From positions 159,637-223,636 of the forward strand of contig CAWFCU010000018.1 in the NCBI GenBank assembly GCA_963814445.1: a stretch of 64,000 nt of DNA, in the 5' to 3' direction. This DNA is from an uncultured Chitinophagaceae bacterium (GTDB taxonomy: Bacteria; Bacteroidota; Bacteroidia; Chitinophagales; Chitinophagaceae). The position numbers were made by a program, and so were the translations under genes. The notes under the pieces are model-generated. The model was not told the DNA's origin. It saw nothing but the letters and a program-made list of their open reading frames with translations, and searched no databases. Of this stretch, positions 63,515-64,000 are shown one piece after another. How positions within the stretch are numbered: the first letter of the stretch is position 1; the number at the start of each line of letters is the position of its first letter.

Positions 63515-64000
63515 ATGCGACAAATTGCTTTTAGAGAAGCCCTGAGAGAGGCGATGCAGGAAGAAATGAGGAGAGACGACAGGGTGTTTTTAATGGGGGA
63601 AGAAGTGGCCGAATACAATGGCGCTTATAAAGTAAGCCAGGGTATGCTGGATGAGTTTGGCGAAAGAAGAATCATTGATACGCCTATTGCTGAGCTTGGT
63701 TTTGCAGGCATAGCGGTTGGTGCGGCTCAAAATGGCCTTCGCCCTATTGTGGAGTTTATGACATGGAACTTTGCGGTGCTTCCGCTTGACCAGATATTGA
63801 ACACCGCCAGTAAAATGCTGGCGATGAGTGGCGGACAGGTTGGTTGCCCGATCGTTTTCCGTGGGCCTAACGGTAGTGCCGGGCAATTGGGTGCACAGCA
63901 CTCTACTGCTTTTGAAAGCATGTATGCTAACATACCAGGATTGAAAGTGATCTCTGTAAGCAATCCTTATGATGCAAAGGGATTGTTGAAAGCTGCTATC
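63515..64000 (+). CDS. pdhB: Pyruvate dehydrogenase E1 beta subunit, 3' partial
   Basis: Hand translation [14 protein letters not shown]...[16 protein letters not shown]...DTPIAELGF...[11 protein letters not shown]...[14 protein letters not shown]. Confidence 0.95.
   Translation, partial: MRQIAFREALREAMQEEMRRDDRVFLMGEEVAEYNGAYKVSQGMLDEFGERRIIDTPIAELGFAGIAVGAAQNGLRPIVEFMTWNFAVLPLDQILNTASKMLAMSGGQVGCPIVFRGPNGSAGQLGAQHSTAFESMYANIPGLKVISVSNPYDAKGLLKAAI

Overview
AT-rich chromosomal window from a Bacteroidota genome, most likely Chitinophagaceae (inferred from T9SS cargo and PorP, TAnnTTTG promoters and the rpsU-xerC-hpf-tRNA-tuf-secE-nusG order). Many genes, including essential tuf, secE and nusG, are split by single-base indels. 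These are best explained as long-read sequencing errors, so I merged the fragments. Housekeeping content: dnaJ/grpE, hpt, rluF, sucD, trxA, mqnE, riboflavin synthase, rpsU, xerC, hpf, tuf, secE, nusG, pdhB and 7 canonical tRNAs. Other content: a ~13 kb glycoside 3-oxidation/elimination cluster with two GMC dehydrogenase sets, a split cyanophycin cphA/cphB locus, and a small AT-rich accessory island (Fic, orphan HigA, hypotheticals). The most unusual signal lies in the tRNA operon upstream of tuf. Four extra degenerate tRNA-Thr copies there have their anticodon stem, and in two copies also the T loop, replaced by one constant palindrome (T)CCCGAT-N4-5-ATCGGG(A), while the parental anticodon is kept in the loop. 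Intergenic spacers also hold several families of small palindromes and 7-9 nt tandem repeats with inverted arms that look like relics of non-autonomous mobile DNA. All family assignments come from motif recognition by eye; no database search was run.
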